Positions 36,273 to 45,296 of a stretch of 64,000 nt of DNA are shown piece by piece; positions within the stretch are counted from its first letter, which is position 1, and every line of letters begins with the position of its first letter. Under the pieces are notes generated by a model. The model was given only the letters and a program-made list of their open reading frames with translations, made no database searches and was not told the origin of the DNA. The stretch comes from Clostridia bacterium. GTDB taxonomy: Bacteria; Bacteroidota; Bacteroidia; Bacteroidales; 4484-276. The stretch is taken from the NCBI GenBank assembly GCA_009928785.1, contig SABY01000005.1:779-64778 (forward strand), written 5' to 3'. The translations under genes were made by a program, and so were the position numbers.

Positions 36273-39056
36273 TTAATGAATGATAAATTTGGTGTTGTAG
36301 TGTTGATTGCCATTAGTAATAGTAACAAAATAAATTCCCGGCTTTAGTTCTCCGTCCTCGTTTATCGGGATATCGGAGTTTCCCTTTTGAATAATCTGAT
36401 TTTGTTCTGAAACTTTCCGGCCAACCTGATCATAAACCGAAACAATAACTGAAGCGTTGTCGGGCAGTTGAAGATTGATATGCACTTTGCCGGCCGACGG
36501 ATTGGGATAAGTTTCTAATTGGCTTTGGTGAGAAGGGTTGCCCAACTCTTCTACCGTCGTATTTAGCCACTGGGGTTTGTCGATGGGCTTTGTAGAATAT
36601 AGCCGGTATTCGCCGCGTTGCAGGTTTATAGCTTGATTCAGGCTGGTGACTTGTAGCATCTCCCGGGTAAAAAATTCGTACCAGGTACCGGTTTCAGTCC
36701 AGGCAGGGGTGTTGTTTCCGGCAGTCATTCCAAAATTACCTACCACTACCACATCCAGGGTATCACCGCGCAGCACAATGGATTTTTGCGCATTATGCAC
36801 GTCCAGTGTAAAATCGGGGGTGGCGAACACAGGCAGCTCTTTTTTGAGTTTCGCCAGCGCAGCATGCACATGGTAAAGGTACATGCGTTGCCAGTTGTTG
36901 GTGTAGTCCCAGCGGATAGGCTTTGGCCCGGTGCGGCCGTTGTATTCTATGGAATAGTCGTAGCCCAGTTCACCAAATTGCCAAATCATTTTAGGGCCGG
37001 GGATGGTATAAAAGAAAGTAGCTGCCAGCTCCAGACGCGCAAGGCCGGTAGCGCTGTCTTGGATGTTGTAGCCACTCAGGCTGTTGCCGTAGCTGATGTT
37101 ACGAAATTGCAGGCGCTCCTCGTCGTGGCTTTCCATATAACCCACCACATGCGGCGCCTGAAAGTCGCGCTCCTGATACGAAATCCAGCCAAAGTCGGAT
37201 TTGCCGTTTTCGGTATATCCCATCGTGCCTTCGTTGTAGTTGTAGTTGGAATTGCCCCACACCATCATGTCGTTGGCCGAGAGTACTTTCTCCTCGGAAT
37301 TCTCCGCAAAATGTTCCAAAATAACGTAAGCCTGCGGGTTGGTTTCGAAGATGGCGTCGGAGTAGTCGTTCCAGATATCAATGCGCGACTGGTCGTATTG
37401 TCCCCACTGGTTGGTGTTGCCCAGGGTGTTTTTTTGTGTAAAGCCTTTGGAAAGGTCAAAGCGGAAACCGTCCACCCGATACTCCGTGAGCCAGAAATCG
37501 TTGACACGCTTTACAAACTGGCGAGTCTGCTGGCTTTCGTGATTAAAATCGAAACCTACATTGAAGTCATGTTTTGGCACCTGATTGTACCACGGATTGT
37601 CGGCAGCGGGGCGATTGTTCTGCTCGTCCCAATAAAGCATCACCATGGGCGAAGTGCCAAAGGAGTGGTTGAGCACCATGTCGATCACCACTGCAAAGCC
37701 GCGGGCATGGCAGGTATCGATGAACGCTTTGAGGGTGTTTTTTGGGCCGTAGTATTTATCCACAGCAAAATAATAATTGGGATTGTAGCCCCACGAGATG
37801 TTTCCTTCAAATTCGTTTACCGGCATCAGTTCAATTACATTTACACCCAACCTTTGCAAGTAACCCAGTGTATCGATTACGCTCTGGAAGGTGTGATGTT
37901 CGGTAAAGTCGCGCACCAGCAGCTCATACACTATCATATCAGTAACGGCTGGCGGTGTAAAATTTTCAGTTTGCCAACTGTAAGACTGCTGCTCGGTTTG
38001 CAAAACTGTGGCAATGCCTTCGGTTTGGCCTGCAGGATAATCTATCAGGCCGGGATAGGTGCTTTCGCTGATATAGGAATCGTTCCAGGGGTCGCTCACC
38101 TGCTCGGCATATGGATCGCCAATGCGGATGGATGCATCCACCAGATATTGAAAAACATATTGCTGTCCGGGGGTAAGTCCGTCTATTAGCAACCAAAAAT
38201 TGTTTCCGTCGGGGGTGATGTTCGTGTAGCCATCCTGGCTCACCTGCCAGTTGTTGAAGTCGCCGATAACGAAAACGTTTTCTTTGCCCGGAGCATACAA
38301 CGAAAGGATTACGGAACTGCTGCTGATGTAATTAATACCATCCACCACGTCAGCAGGAAGCTCTTCTACAGTAGGTTGGGGAAGAATTACATAAGCAAAG
38401 CTTTCGCTAATGGTACCGGTTTGATTTTTTGCCGTTACCGTTACAATTACCTCCTGCCAAAATCCTGAAAGATTCTCGGCAACAAGTTGATAATTAATTT
38501 CAGTAGCGGCCACGGCCAACATTTCTACTTCATTCACCATCAAAAACATCGAGTCGGCTTGCGCGCTTACAGCATCCACGGGAATTATGTCGCCCTCGGT
38601 GGCAAAAATCTGCGCCTGTGCCGGTTCCGTGATAATGAGCTGAAGGTCGCTCCCAAAAATATTGACTAAGAGATCGCCTGACTGCATGTTGCCGTCATCA
38701 CTCCTGAAAACAAAAGCCAGTTGAGCAACCACCTCGTTGGCACCAACATCATAAAACTGGCGGAGGTTGGGCGTTATAACAAGTCTGTACAAATGGTTGC
38801 CCAGGCTTGTGAGTTTGGGCTGGGTGGTATTATTTCCCCACGATCCGATTACGTGGCTCCATGAGGTTGCACCTTCCAGTATTACGCCGGTATGGGTGTA
38901 AACGTCGCCGTTGTAGTTTTCTAAACCTGTGCCGGTAGCATCAAATGTTAATGTGATTTCTACACCATCGGTAGGATATTGCGGAATGGTGGTGATTTGC
39001 GCTGCTACCGGAAAAGCAGTTATCAAAACCAAAAGAAGAAATAGTAATTTTTTCAT
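36273..39056 (-). CDS. GH13 alpha-amylase-family glycoside hydrolase with T9SS C-terminal domain
   Basis: GH13 regions VIDMVLNHS, GFRFDLSKG, ILEHF and YMESHDEER. N-terminal beta-sandwich-like domains. C-terminus TYPNPSAGKVHINLQL...GIYFVTITNG. Confidence 0.9.
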   Translation of the reverse strand: MKKLLFLLLVLITAFPVAAQITTIPQYPTDGVEITLTFDATGTGLENYNGDVYTHTGVILEGATSWSHVIGSWGNNTTQPKLTSLGNHLYRLVITPNLRQFYDVGANEVVAQLAFVFRSDDGNMQSGDLLVNIFGSDLQLIITEPAQAQIFATEGDIIPVDAVSAQADSMFLMVNEVEMLAVAATEINYQLVAENLSGFWQEVIVTVTAKNQTGTISESFAYVILPQPTVEELPADVVDGINYISSSSVILSLYAPGKENVFVIGDFNNWQVSQDGYTNITPDGNNFWLLIDGLTPGQQYVFQYLVDASIRIGDPYAEQVSDPWNDSYISESTYPGLIDYPAGQTEGIATVLQTEQQSYSWQTENFTPPAVTDMIVYELLVRDFTEHHTFQSVIDTLGYLQRLGVNVIELMPVNEFEGNISWGYNPNYYFAVDKYYGPKNTLKAFIDTCHARGFAVVIDMVLNHSFGTSPMVMLYWDEQNNRPAADNPWYNQVPKHDFNVGFDFNHESQQTRQFVKRVNDFWLTEYRVDGFRFDLSKGFTQKNTLGNTNQWGQYDQSRIDIWNDYSDAIFETNPQAYVILEHFAENSEEKVLSANDMMVWGNSNYNYNEGTMGYTENGKSDFGWISYQERDFQAPHVVGYMESHDEERLQFRNISYGNSLSGYNIQDSATGLARLELAATFFYTIPGPKMIWQFGELGYDYSIEYNGRTGPKPIRWDYTNNWQRMYLYHVHAALAKLKKELPVFATPDFTLDVHNAQKSIVLRGDTLDVVVVGNFGMTAGNNTPAWTETGTWYEFFTREMLQVTSLNQAINLQRGEYRLYSTKPIDKPQWLNTTVEELGNPSHQSQLETYPNPSAGKVHINLQLPDNASVIVSVYDQVGRKVSEQNQIIQKGNSDIPINEDGELKPGIYFVTITNGNQHYNTKFIIH

Positions 39057-39090
39057 TGAGGGAGATTTTTATGATAAATATGAATTTCGA

Positions 39091-39098
39091 CAAAAATA
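39091..39098 (-). promoter_or_regulatory. -7 box TATTTTTG (minus strand) for the GH13 gene
   Basis: Plus strand reads CAAAAATA, 35 nt upstream of the ATG at 39056. Confidence 0.4.
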
Positions 39099-39195
39099 GT
39101 AAAACGTAACGCTTTACCGGTAATATGGTTTCAGATTACAAAAAATGATTTGGTAAGAAGTTTTGTATCAACAGAATAAGGATTCAAAATCAACA

Positions 39196-39915
39196 TTATT
39201 CGCCACGCGATTTCAGGCTTGCAATGGAAAGTAATATGCCCAGCGCTATGCCCAGCAAGGCGGCAAAAAGGATGCGATATTCAGCCGGGAGCAAAAAGGT
39301 GACGGTGTGTGCCGGATACCAAAACAGCGGTATGGTTTTGCGAAAAACAAAATTCCATTGCACGCTCCAATTCATATTTTGCATGATGGTGGCCATGGGG
39401 ATGGGAGTGAAGAACCCCCGCAGCGTGCCGCCGGTAGCCAGGATGTGCGTGTCGGTGATTTTGTGAAAAGCCATAAATAGCGGTGCAAAAAAGGTATTCA
39501 TGGTTACGCTTACCGTAAATGCTGTGAGCAGTTGCAGCCCGGAGAAAGTTGCAAAGAAATTCTGGTTGAGGATGTCGGCGGGATTATCGGTTGGGAACCC
39601 AATGCCCAACGTGGTGAGAATATGCGGCGCACCAGTACCGAAGATGATAAACGCACTCTTGATGCCCACACCCAAAAAGCCCCACACCAACGCACGTGGT
39701 AGCAGCCCGAAGCCCTGCTGGTAATAACTTCCCGTGCGGATACGCAACCCGATCACTTCGCCAAGTGTGGATAATATCGCAAACTTGATGAAGCTGATGA
39801 TGAAAGGATGTTCGATGTTGAAGTCGTTGTAAAAGTCGTAGAGCGGCGGGATAATAAAAAAAGGAAGGAAAAACAAAATGATCGCTGTAGCGAAATAAAC
39901 ATCGTCTCTTTTCAT
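39196..39915 (-). CDS. Integral membrane protein, family not recognised
   Basis: 239 aa with about 6 hydrophobic segments. No diagnostic motif seen. Confidence 0.6.
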   Translation of the reverse strand: MKRDDVYFATAIILFFLPFFIIPPLYDFYNDFNIEHPFIISFIKFAILSTLGEVIGLRIRTGSYYQQGFGLLPRALVWGFLGVGIKSAFIIFGTGAPHILTTLGIGFPTDNPADILNQNFFATFSGLQLLTAFTVSVTMNTFFAPLFMAFHKITDTHILATGGTLRGFFTPIPMATIMQNMNWSVQWNFVFRKTIPLFWYPAHTVTFLLPAEYRILFAALLGIALGILLSIASLKSRGE

Positions 39916-40039
39916 CTGAACTCAATTTTTTTTGTGCAAACATATTTTTATTTCCGATATGCTGGCTGTTTTTTGCCTGTTGCCAAAATCATTTTGCGCA
40001 AAGCGCGTTAACATGAGCAAACATCATGTTTTTATTAAA

Positions 40040-40909
40040 ATGAAAATTTCCATCCACATCAGCTCCTTACTTAAAAACGGTACGCTGGCTTTGCTTATCG
40101 CAATACTAGTTTTCTCTGCATCGTCATGCGAGAAAGACGACACTTCCGGGTTTGTTGATATTGCCAAAGTCACAGCGTTTTATGCGCGTGCCGACATTTA
40201 CATCACATATAATTTCTCGGTTTTGCACCGGATGATGAACGATACCGCGCTGCTGCACAACGATACGGCCATCATCGACAGTGCGCTGGTGACGCGATTT
40301 GCCGATTCTACGGGTTTGATTCGTTATGAGATCGATTACGGTGAGCAAACTGTTGCCCGCGACGAAAGAACGAAAAGCGGGAAAATTCTGGTGTTTTCTT
40401 ATCCCGATTCGGTGCCGGATGGGGACTGGGCGTATGGAATTTTGCAGGATTACACCATTGATGGCTTGCGCTATGGCGGAACCATGCAGTACGTTCGTAC
40501 CGGAGAGGTGATCGGCGGACAGCCTCAGTTTACTTTTGACGTTTCCGTCGAATGTGATAATGTTGATGGGAAGGTGTTAATAGCGTCTGCAAAAGAGTTG
40601 CTTCAGACTGCCGGAGCAGCCGAGCCGCTTAAGTTTGATCTGCTGCGCTTTGATGTGATGTTTACAACCAGGGGAATGTACACTGCTGGTTATTCCGCCA
40701 AAAACTTTGTTACGGAAACACAAAACTCCTGGCCGATCGATTTTGGATGCGCTAAAATTATGCGCCCCGCCGAAGCAACCATCACAGTAACCTCCGATGG
40801 CAAAACACAAACACTCATCGAAAGCATCATCGACACCGACCTGGATGGCTGCGTGGATAAGGTGATGCTCAAAAACGACAAGAACTTCGGCTTTCCTTTT
40901 TATATTTAG
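40040..40909 (+). CDS. Lipoprotein of unknown function
   Basis: MKISIHISSLLKNGTLALLIAILVFSASSCEKDD (lipobox). An alternative start lies at 40013. The ORF-track start 39932 overlaps the divergent gene's upstream region. Confidence 0.6.
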   Translation: MKISIHISSLLKNGTLALLIAILVFSASSCEKDDTSGFVDIAKVTAFYARADIYITYNFSVLHRMMNDTALLHNDTAIIDSALVTRFADSTGLIRYEIDYGEQTVARDERTKSGKILVFSYPDSVPDGDWAYGILQDYTIDGLRYGGTMQYVRTGEVIGGQPQFTFDVSVECDNVDGKVLIASAKELLQTAGAAEPLKFDLLRFDVMFTTRGMYTAGYSAKNFVTETQNSWPIDFGCAKIMRPAEATITVTSDGKTQTLIESIIDTDLDGCVDKVMLKNDKNFGFPFYI

Positions 40910-40967
40910 AAATAATTGTATCTTCGGTTTCAAATTTTCGATTATCCCAAAAAAAAAGGAGGTTATT

Positions 40968-41264
40968 ATGCAAATCTACATTCTGTTTACCAAGCTTTCC
41001 ACCGATCTCTCTTATGAGATGAAAAACCGCGAACGCCAGGGGCGCAGTTGGCTTGAGCAAGTCAAAGCCAAATGCCCGGAGGTGAAATTCCTGTCGCATT
41101 ACGCCATTCTGGGTGAATACGATTTTATCGACATCTACGAAGCGCCCGATCCCGAAATCGCTGCCAAAGTGTCGATGATAAGCCAGGCCAATGGCGCCAT
41201 CCATGCCAAGAGTATGTTGGCGATTCCTTATAAGCGTTTCATCGAGCTTACCGAGGAAATTTAA
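40968..41264 (+). CDS. GYD-domain protein
   Basis: 98 aa with LGEYDFIDIYEAPD (GYD signature) and ISQANGAIHAKSMLAIPY. Preceded by AAGGAGG 4 nt before the ATG. Confidence 0.8.
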   Translation: MQIYILFTKLSTDLSYEMKNRERQGRSWLEQVKAKCPEVKFLSHYAILGEYDFIDIYEAPDPEIAAKVSMISQANGAIHAKSMLAIPYKRFIELTEEI

Positions 41265-41280
41265 TTTAAAGTCTTTTTCT

Positions 41281-42650
41281 TTTTCACCACAGAGGCACGG
41301 AGACACAAAGGAGAAAGCAAAATCCTTTTCACCACAGAGGCACGGAGACACAGAGATTATTTTTTTTTCTTCTTCTTCCTTTGTGCCGTTGTGTCTTTGT
41401 GGTTTTTCTTTGTTGTTTTTCACCACAGAGGCACGGAGACACGAAGGAGAAAGCAAAACCGTTTTCACCACAGAGGCACGAAGACACAGAGATTTTTTTT
41501 TCTTCTTCCTTTGTGCCGTTGTGTCTTTGTGGTTTTTCTTTGTTGTTTTTCACCACAAAGTCACGGAGGCACAAAGGAGAAAGCAAAACCGTTTTCACCA
41601 CAGAGTCACGAAGTCACAGAGATTTTTTTTTCTTCTTCTTCCTTTGTGCCGTTGTGTCTTTGTGGTTTTTCTTTGTTGTTTTTCACCACAGAGGCACGGA
41701 GGCACAAAGGAGAAAGCAAAAGCCTTTTCACCACAGAGGCACGAAGTCACAGAGATTATTTTTTTTCTTCTTCCTTTGTGCCGTTGTGTCTTTGTGGTTT
41801 TTCTTTGTTGTTTTTCACCACAGAGGCACGGAGGCACAGAGAAAAACAAAAGCCTTTTCACCACAAAGTCACGGAGACACGAAGGAGAAAGCAAAACCGT
41901 TTTCACCACAGAGGCACGAAGTCACAGAGATTTTTTTTTCTTCTTCTTCCTTTGTGTCGTTGTGTCTTTGTGGTTTTTCTTTGTTGTTTTTCACCACAGA
42001 GGCACGGAGGCACAGAGAAAAACAAAAGCCTTTTCACCACAGAGGCACAGAGGCACGGAGGAGAAAGCAAAACCGTTTTCACCACAGAGGCACGAAGTCA
42101 CAGAGATTATTTTTTTTTCTTCTTATTCCTTTGTGCCGTTGTGTCTTCGTAGTTTTTCTTGGTTGTTTTTCACCACAGAGGCACGGAGGCACAGAGAAAA
42201 ACAAAAGCCTTTTCACCACAGAGGCACGAAGTCACAGAGATTATTCCTTTTTCTTCTTCTTCCTTTGTGCCGTTGTGTCTTTGTGGTTTTTCTTTGTTGT
42301 TTTTCACCACAGAGGCACGAAGACACGAAGGAGAAAGCAAAACCGTTTTCACCACAAAGGCACGAAGTCACAGAGATTTTTTTTTCTTCTTCTTCCTTTG
42401 TGCCGTTGTGTCTTCGTGGTTTTTCTTTGTTGTTTTTCACCACAGAGGCACGGAGGCACAGAGAAAAACAAAAGCCTTTTCACCACAGAGGCACGGAGGC
42501 ACAGAGAAAAACAAAAGCCTTTTCACCACAGAGGCACGGAGGCACGAAGGAGAAAGCAAAACCGTTTTCACCACAGAGTCACGAAGTCACAGAGATTTTT
42601 TTTTCTTCTTCTTCCTTTGTGCCGTTGTGTCTTCGTGGTTTTTCTTTGTT
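41281..42650 (+). repeat. Hierarchical repeat array: 22 x 26-nt core in three module types (8 a, 5 b, 9 c), the c modules forming terminator-like hairpins
   Basis: The core TTTTCACCACAGAGGCACGGAGGCAC was counted 22 times. The 3' arm CCTTTGTGCCGTTGTGTCTTTGTGGT was counted 9 times. Module order: ac ac ac ac bac bac bc ac bbac. Confidence 0.95.
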
Positions 42651-42691
42651 TCCCTGGTTTTCCTGACTTTCCTGGCTTTTGCCAATTTTTA

Positions 42692-43306
42692 TCACAGGTA
42701 TCGTGTTCCTTCTCTTCCTTCATTCATCAGCAAATCTAATATGCTTAGCCCGCTGATAAATCCGTGTTTTTCTGCAAAAACCTGATAATATTTTTGAAAG
42801 CTCTCAGCAGGTGGCGTCCGCTTTGGCGTGAAGGCCGTGCGTAAATCTTCCATGCCGGCATGCGCTTTCTTATAATTATCCGTAAAATGTATCTGGATTT
42901 CAATATCCATCAGCGATAGCACGGTGTTAAGGATGTGGTGGTTGAAATCGATCAGATGAGGAATGTTCTTTTTATAGGCTTCCAGCAGCTCATCCTGAAA
43001 GTAAAGAAAAAACGGAGAGTTGGCATACGCGGTATGGATGGCACGCCAATGCAACAACTGCCAGTTGGTTTGGGTGTCGGTTAATATCTCCTGCGTTTTT
43101 GTGTGGTTGCCATTGGGTTTATGCACCGGGATGCTGAGCGGTAGCCGGCCATTGGCGGTGGCTATTTCGCAACGGTTGCGGTAGGTTTGCCGCGGGTAGG
43201 TTTCGTGTCGTTCTATTATTACTTCATCCGCCGCCATCATAGCCGAAACGTAATGTACCGGAGGCAGGTAGGCAGTCGATAGTAGGATGCGGTTTCGGGT
43301 TTCCAT
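42692..43306 (-). CDS. WbqC-family protein
   Basis: ILLSTAYLPPVHYVSAMMAADEVIIERHETYPRQTYRNRCEIATANGRLPLSIPV. Start placed at METRNR (43306). Confidence 0.8.
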   Translation of the reverse strand: METRNRILLSTAYLPPVHYVSAMMAADEVIIERHETYPRQTYRNRCEIATANGRLPLSIPVHKPNGNHTKTQEILTDTQTNWQLLHWRAIHTAYANSPFFLYFQDELLEAYKKNIPHLIDFNHHILNTVLSLMDIEIQIHFTDNYKKAHAGMEDLRTAFTPKRTPPAESFQKYYQVFAEKHGFISGLSILDLLMNEGREGTRYL

Positions 43307-43411
43307 AAAAATTGCGTAGCTGGTAAAGCGCTGCGAAAGTAGAAAGTTTGCAGCAAAAAAAAGTGTGGCATTATTTGCCACACTCTTTTGTACCGCTTTA
43401 AATAAGGAGGA

Positions 43412-43792
43412 TTACTTTTTCTCTACGGTAGCTTCTTGCTTGTTCTTGAGGAGCACTTCCTCAATCACTTGCTTCATTGATTCTTTGGGCAGCGCACCCT
43501 GTGCCATCTGCGGCTGTTCGTCTGCTGGGCAAAACAACAGCGATGGGATGCTCCGAATGCCAAAAGCAGCCGCAAGTTCCTGCTGATCTTCGGTATCTAC
43601 TTTATAAATGTTTACTTTACCTTCGTATTCTTTAGAAAGTTCTTCCAGGATTGGAGCAACCATTTTGCACGGCTGACACCAGTCGGCGTAGAAGTCGATG
43701 AGGCAAGGCAGCTCGCCTTCAAATTTCCACTCTTTGTTGTTTTCGTAATCAAATACTTTCTTCAGAAATGTTTCTTTTGTTAAATGTTCCAT
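43412..43792 (-). CDS. Thioredoxin-family protein
   Basis: DFYADWCQPCKMVAPILEEL (WCxPC active site). 126 aa. Confidence 0.85.
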   Translation of the reverse strand: MEHLTKETFLKKVFDYENNKEWKFEGELPCLIDFYADWCQPCKMVAPILEELSKEYEGKVNIYKVDTEDQQELAAAFGIRSIPSLLFCPADEQPQMAQGALPKESMKQVIEEVLLKNKQEATVEKK

Positions 43793-43836
43793 TGTTATAG
43801 GTTTTGTGTGATTATTTAAAATAAAAATTTTCTGGA

Positions 43837-44340
43837 TTATTTTGTCAGCAACTCTTGCTTAATGATGCGTTCGAATGCTGCTTTGTCTTTGTATCCACGG
43901 TCCATGCGTGGCTGGCCTTCGGCGGGGATGTACAAAAATGCAGGAATGCTGCTGATCTGAAACACCGCTGCCAGCTCTTTCTCCGCCTCTGTGTCGATTT
44001 TATAAACCTTGAGTTTTCCTGTGTAATCCTGTGCTATCTCTTCCAGCACGGGAGCTACCATTTTGCAAGGCTTGCACCAGTCGGCGTAGAAGTCGATGAT
44101 GGCCGGTTCGCTACCTTCGTAAACCCACTCTTGCGGATTTTTTTCATAATCCCAGATTTTTTCTTTAAAAGTTTTGGCGGTAAGAAACTCAGGCGAACTA
44201 CTTGCTTTTTTGTCACCGCTCACTGTGGCTGTGCTTTCGGCCAATGCTGTTTGCTTTTCGTCACCGCTGGCACTGTTACAAGCTGTGCTGCTAAAGGCTA
44301 CCAAAAGGCCAATGATTGTTATCAAAACTGTTTTTCTCAT
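43837..44340 (-). CDS. Thioredoxin-family lipoprotein (paralog of the downstream gene)
   Basis: Lipobox VAFSSTAC followed by DFYADWCKPCKMVAPVLEEI. 167 aa. Confidence 0.85.
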   Translation of the reverse strand: MRKTVLITIIGLLVAFSSTACNSASGDEKQTALAESTATVSGDKKASSSPEFLTAKTFKEKIWDYEKNPQEWVYEGSEPAIIDFYADWCKPCKMVAPVLEEIAQDYTGKLKVYKIDTEAEKELAAVFQISSIPAFLYIPAEGQPRMDRGYKDKAAFERIIKQELLTK

Positions 44341-44387
44341 GTTAATTATCGGTGTTTAGTTATAAATACTATTTTATTAATACGCTG

Positions 44388-44395
44388 CAAAACTA
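44388..44395 (-). promoter_or_regulatory. -7 box TAGTTTTG (minus strand) for the thioredoxin pair
   Basis: Plus strand reads CAAAACTA, 48 nt upstream of the ATG at 44340. Confidence 0.4.
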
Positions 44396-44437
44396 TAATT
44401 TTTTTAATAATTAAATCGTTTCAGTATCACTTTTAAG

Positions 44438-44445
44438 TATTTTTG
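44438..44445 (+). promoter_or_regulatory. -7 box TATTTTTG upstream of the IS1595-like fragment ORF
   Basis: Matches TAnnTTTG, 80 nt before the ATG at 44525. Confidence 0.35.
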
Positions 44446-44524
44446 CAAAAACCTTGCTAAAAATGAATTCTACCATTATTAATGGTCAGAATGACAGAAA
44501 ACGATTACAAATGAATTTATAGAA

Positions 44525-44932
44525 ATGAAGCATATCATCGATCAACTCAAGCCTGTGGAATTTGAAACCGCCTTTTCGACCAACGAACAATGTCTGGAAT
44601 TTTTGGCAGACGAAAAGTGGAAGGATGGTTTTGTGTGTCGCAAGTGTGGCAATACCAACTACTGTAGTGGCAAAACGCCTTTTTCGCGGCGCTGTACGCG
44701 CTGCAAGCACGACGAGTCTGCTACAGCCAACACCATTTTCCACCGTTGCAAAATCCAACTCTCCGAAGCCTTTGCCATCGCATACAATGTGTGCAAAACC
44801 CCTGATATTTCAACCTATGAGCTGGCACGCCGATTGGAAAAACGCCAGATGACCTGCTGGAAATTCAAAAAAGTAATCACCGACTGCATCAGCCGCAATG
44901 GCAGTTTGCAGTTTGTGCAATCAATCGAATAG
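44525..44932 (+). mobile_element. IS1595-family transposase N-terminal zinc-ribbon/HTH fragment (no DDE domain)
   Basis: 135 aa with FSTNEQCLEFLADEKWKDGFVCRKCGNTNYCSGKTPFSRRCTRCKHDESATANTIFH (CxxC...CxxC transposase zinc ribbon), then a helix-turn-helix-like DISTYELARRLEKRQMTCWKF. The ORF stops where the catalytic domain should begin and is followed by heptad repeats. Confidence 0.65.
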
Positions 44933-44933
44933 G

Positions 44934-45157
44934 GGCAGTCCACAGTTGGCAGCCAGCAGCCAGCAGCAGACAGTCCACAGTTGGCAGTCAGCAGCCAGCA
45001 GCCAGCAGCCAGCAGTCAGCAGCCAGCAGTTGGCAGTCAGCAGCCGACAGTTCACAGTTGGCAGTCAGCAGCCAGCAGTCAGCAGCCAGCAGTTGGCAGT
45101 CAGCAGCCAGCAGCCAGCAGCCAGCAGCCAGCAGTCAGCAGTTGGCAGTCAGCAGCC
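44934..45157. repeat. 7-bp tandem repeat x 32 (NRCAGYN: AGCAGCC, AGCAGTC, AGCAGTT, GGCAGTC, CACAGTT, GACAGTC ...)
   Basis: Parsed by hand in strict 7-nt register from GGCAGTC (44934) to AGCAGCC (45151-45157). Confidence 0.9.
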
Positions 45158-45178
45158 GACAATGAAAGCGATGCCAGC

Positions 45179-45262
45179 AAACAACAAACAACAAACAACA
45201 AACAACGAACAACGAACAACGAACAACAAACAACAAACAACGAACAACAAACAACGAACAAC
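45179..45262. repeat. 7-bp tandem repeat x 12 with two unit states (AAACAAC / GAACAAC)
   Basis: State string AAAAGGGAAGAG read by hand. Confidence 0.9.
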
Positions 45263-45296
45263 AAAAATAATTCGACAGGCGTGGGGTTAAAAAATT

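Noticed and set aside
41281-42650. CRISPR array interpretation (26-nt direct repeats with 18-62-nt intervening sequence).
   Set aside because: The 'spacers' are just three recurring sequences (a, b and c tails), not unique. The repeat spacing is bimodal. There are no cas genes or leader in the window. Repeat finders may nevertheless flag it.
41191-42785. Overlapping ORFs of 491, 452, 253 and 208 aa on the plus strand, plus several 60-104-aa minus-strand ORFs, across the repeat array.
   Set aside because: They exist only because the repeat unit lacks stop codons. All three plus frames are open at once. The module lengths (44-46 and 84-90 bp) are not consistently multiples of three, so the peptide repeat drifts between frames. 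The composition (F/C/R/H/T runs) is not protein-like.
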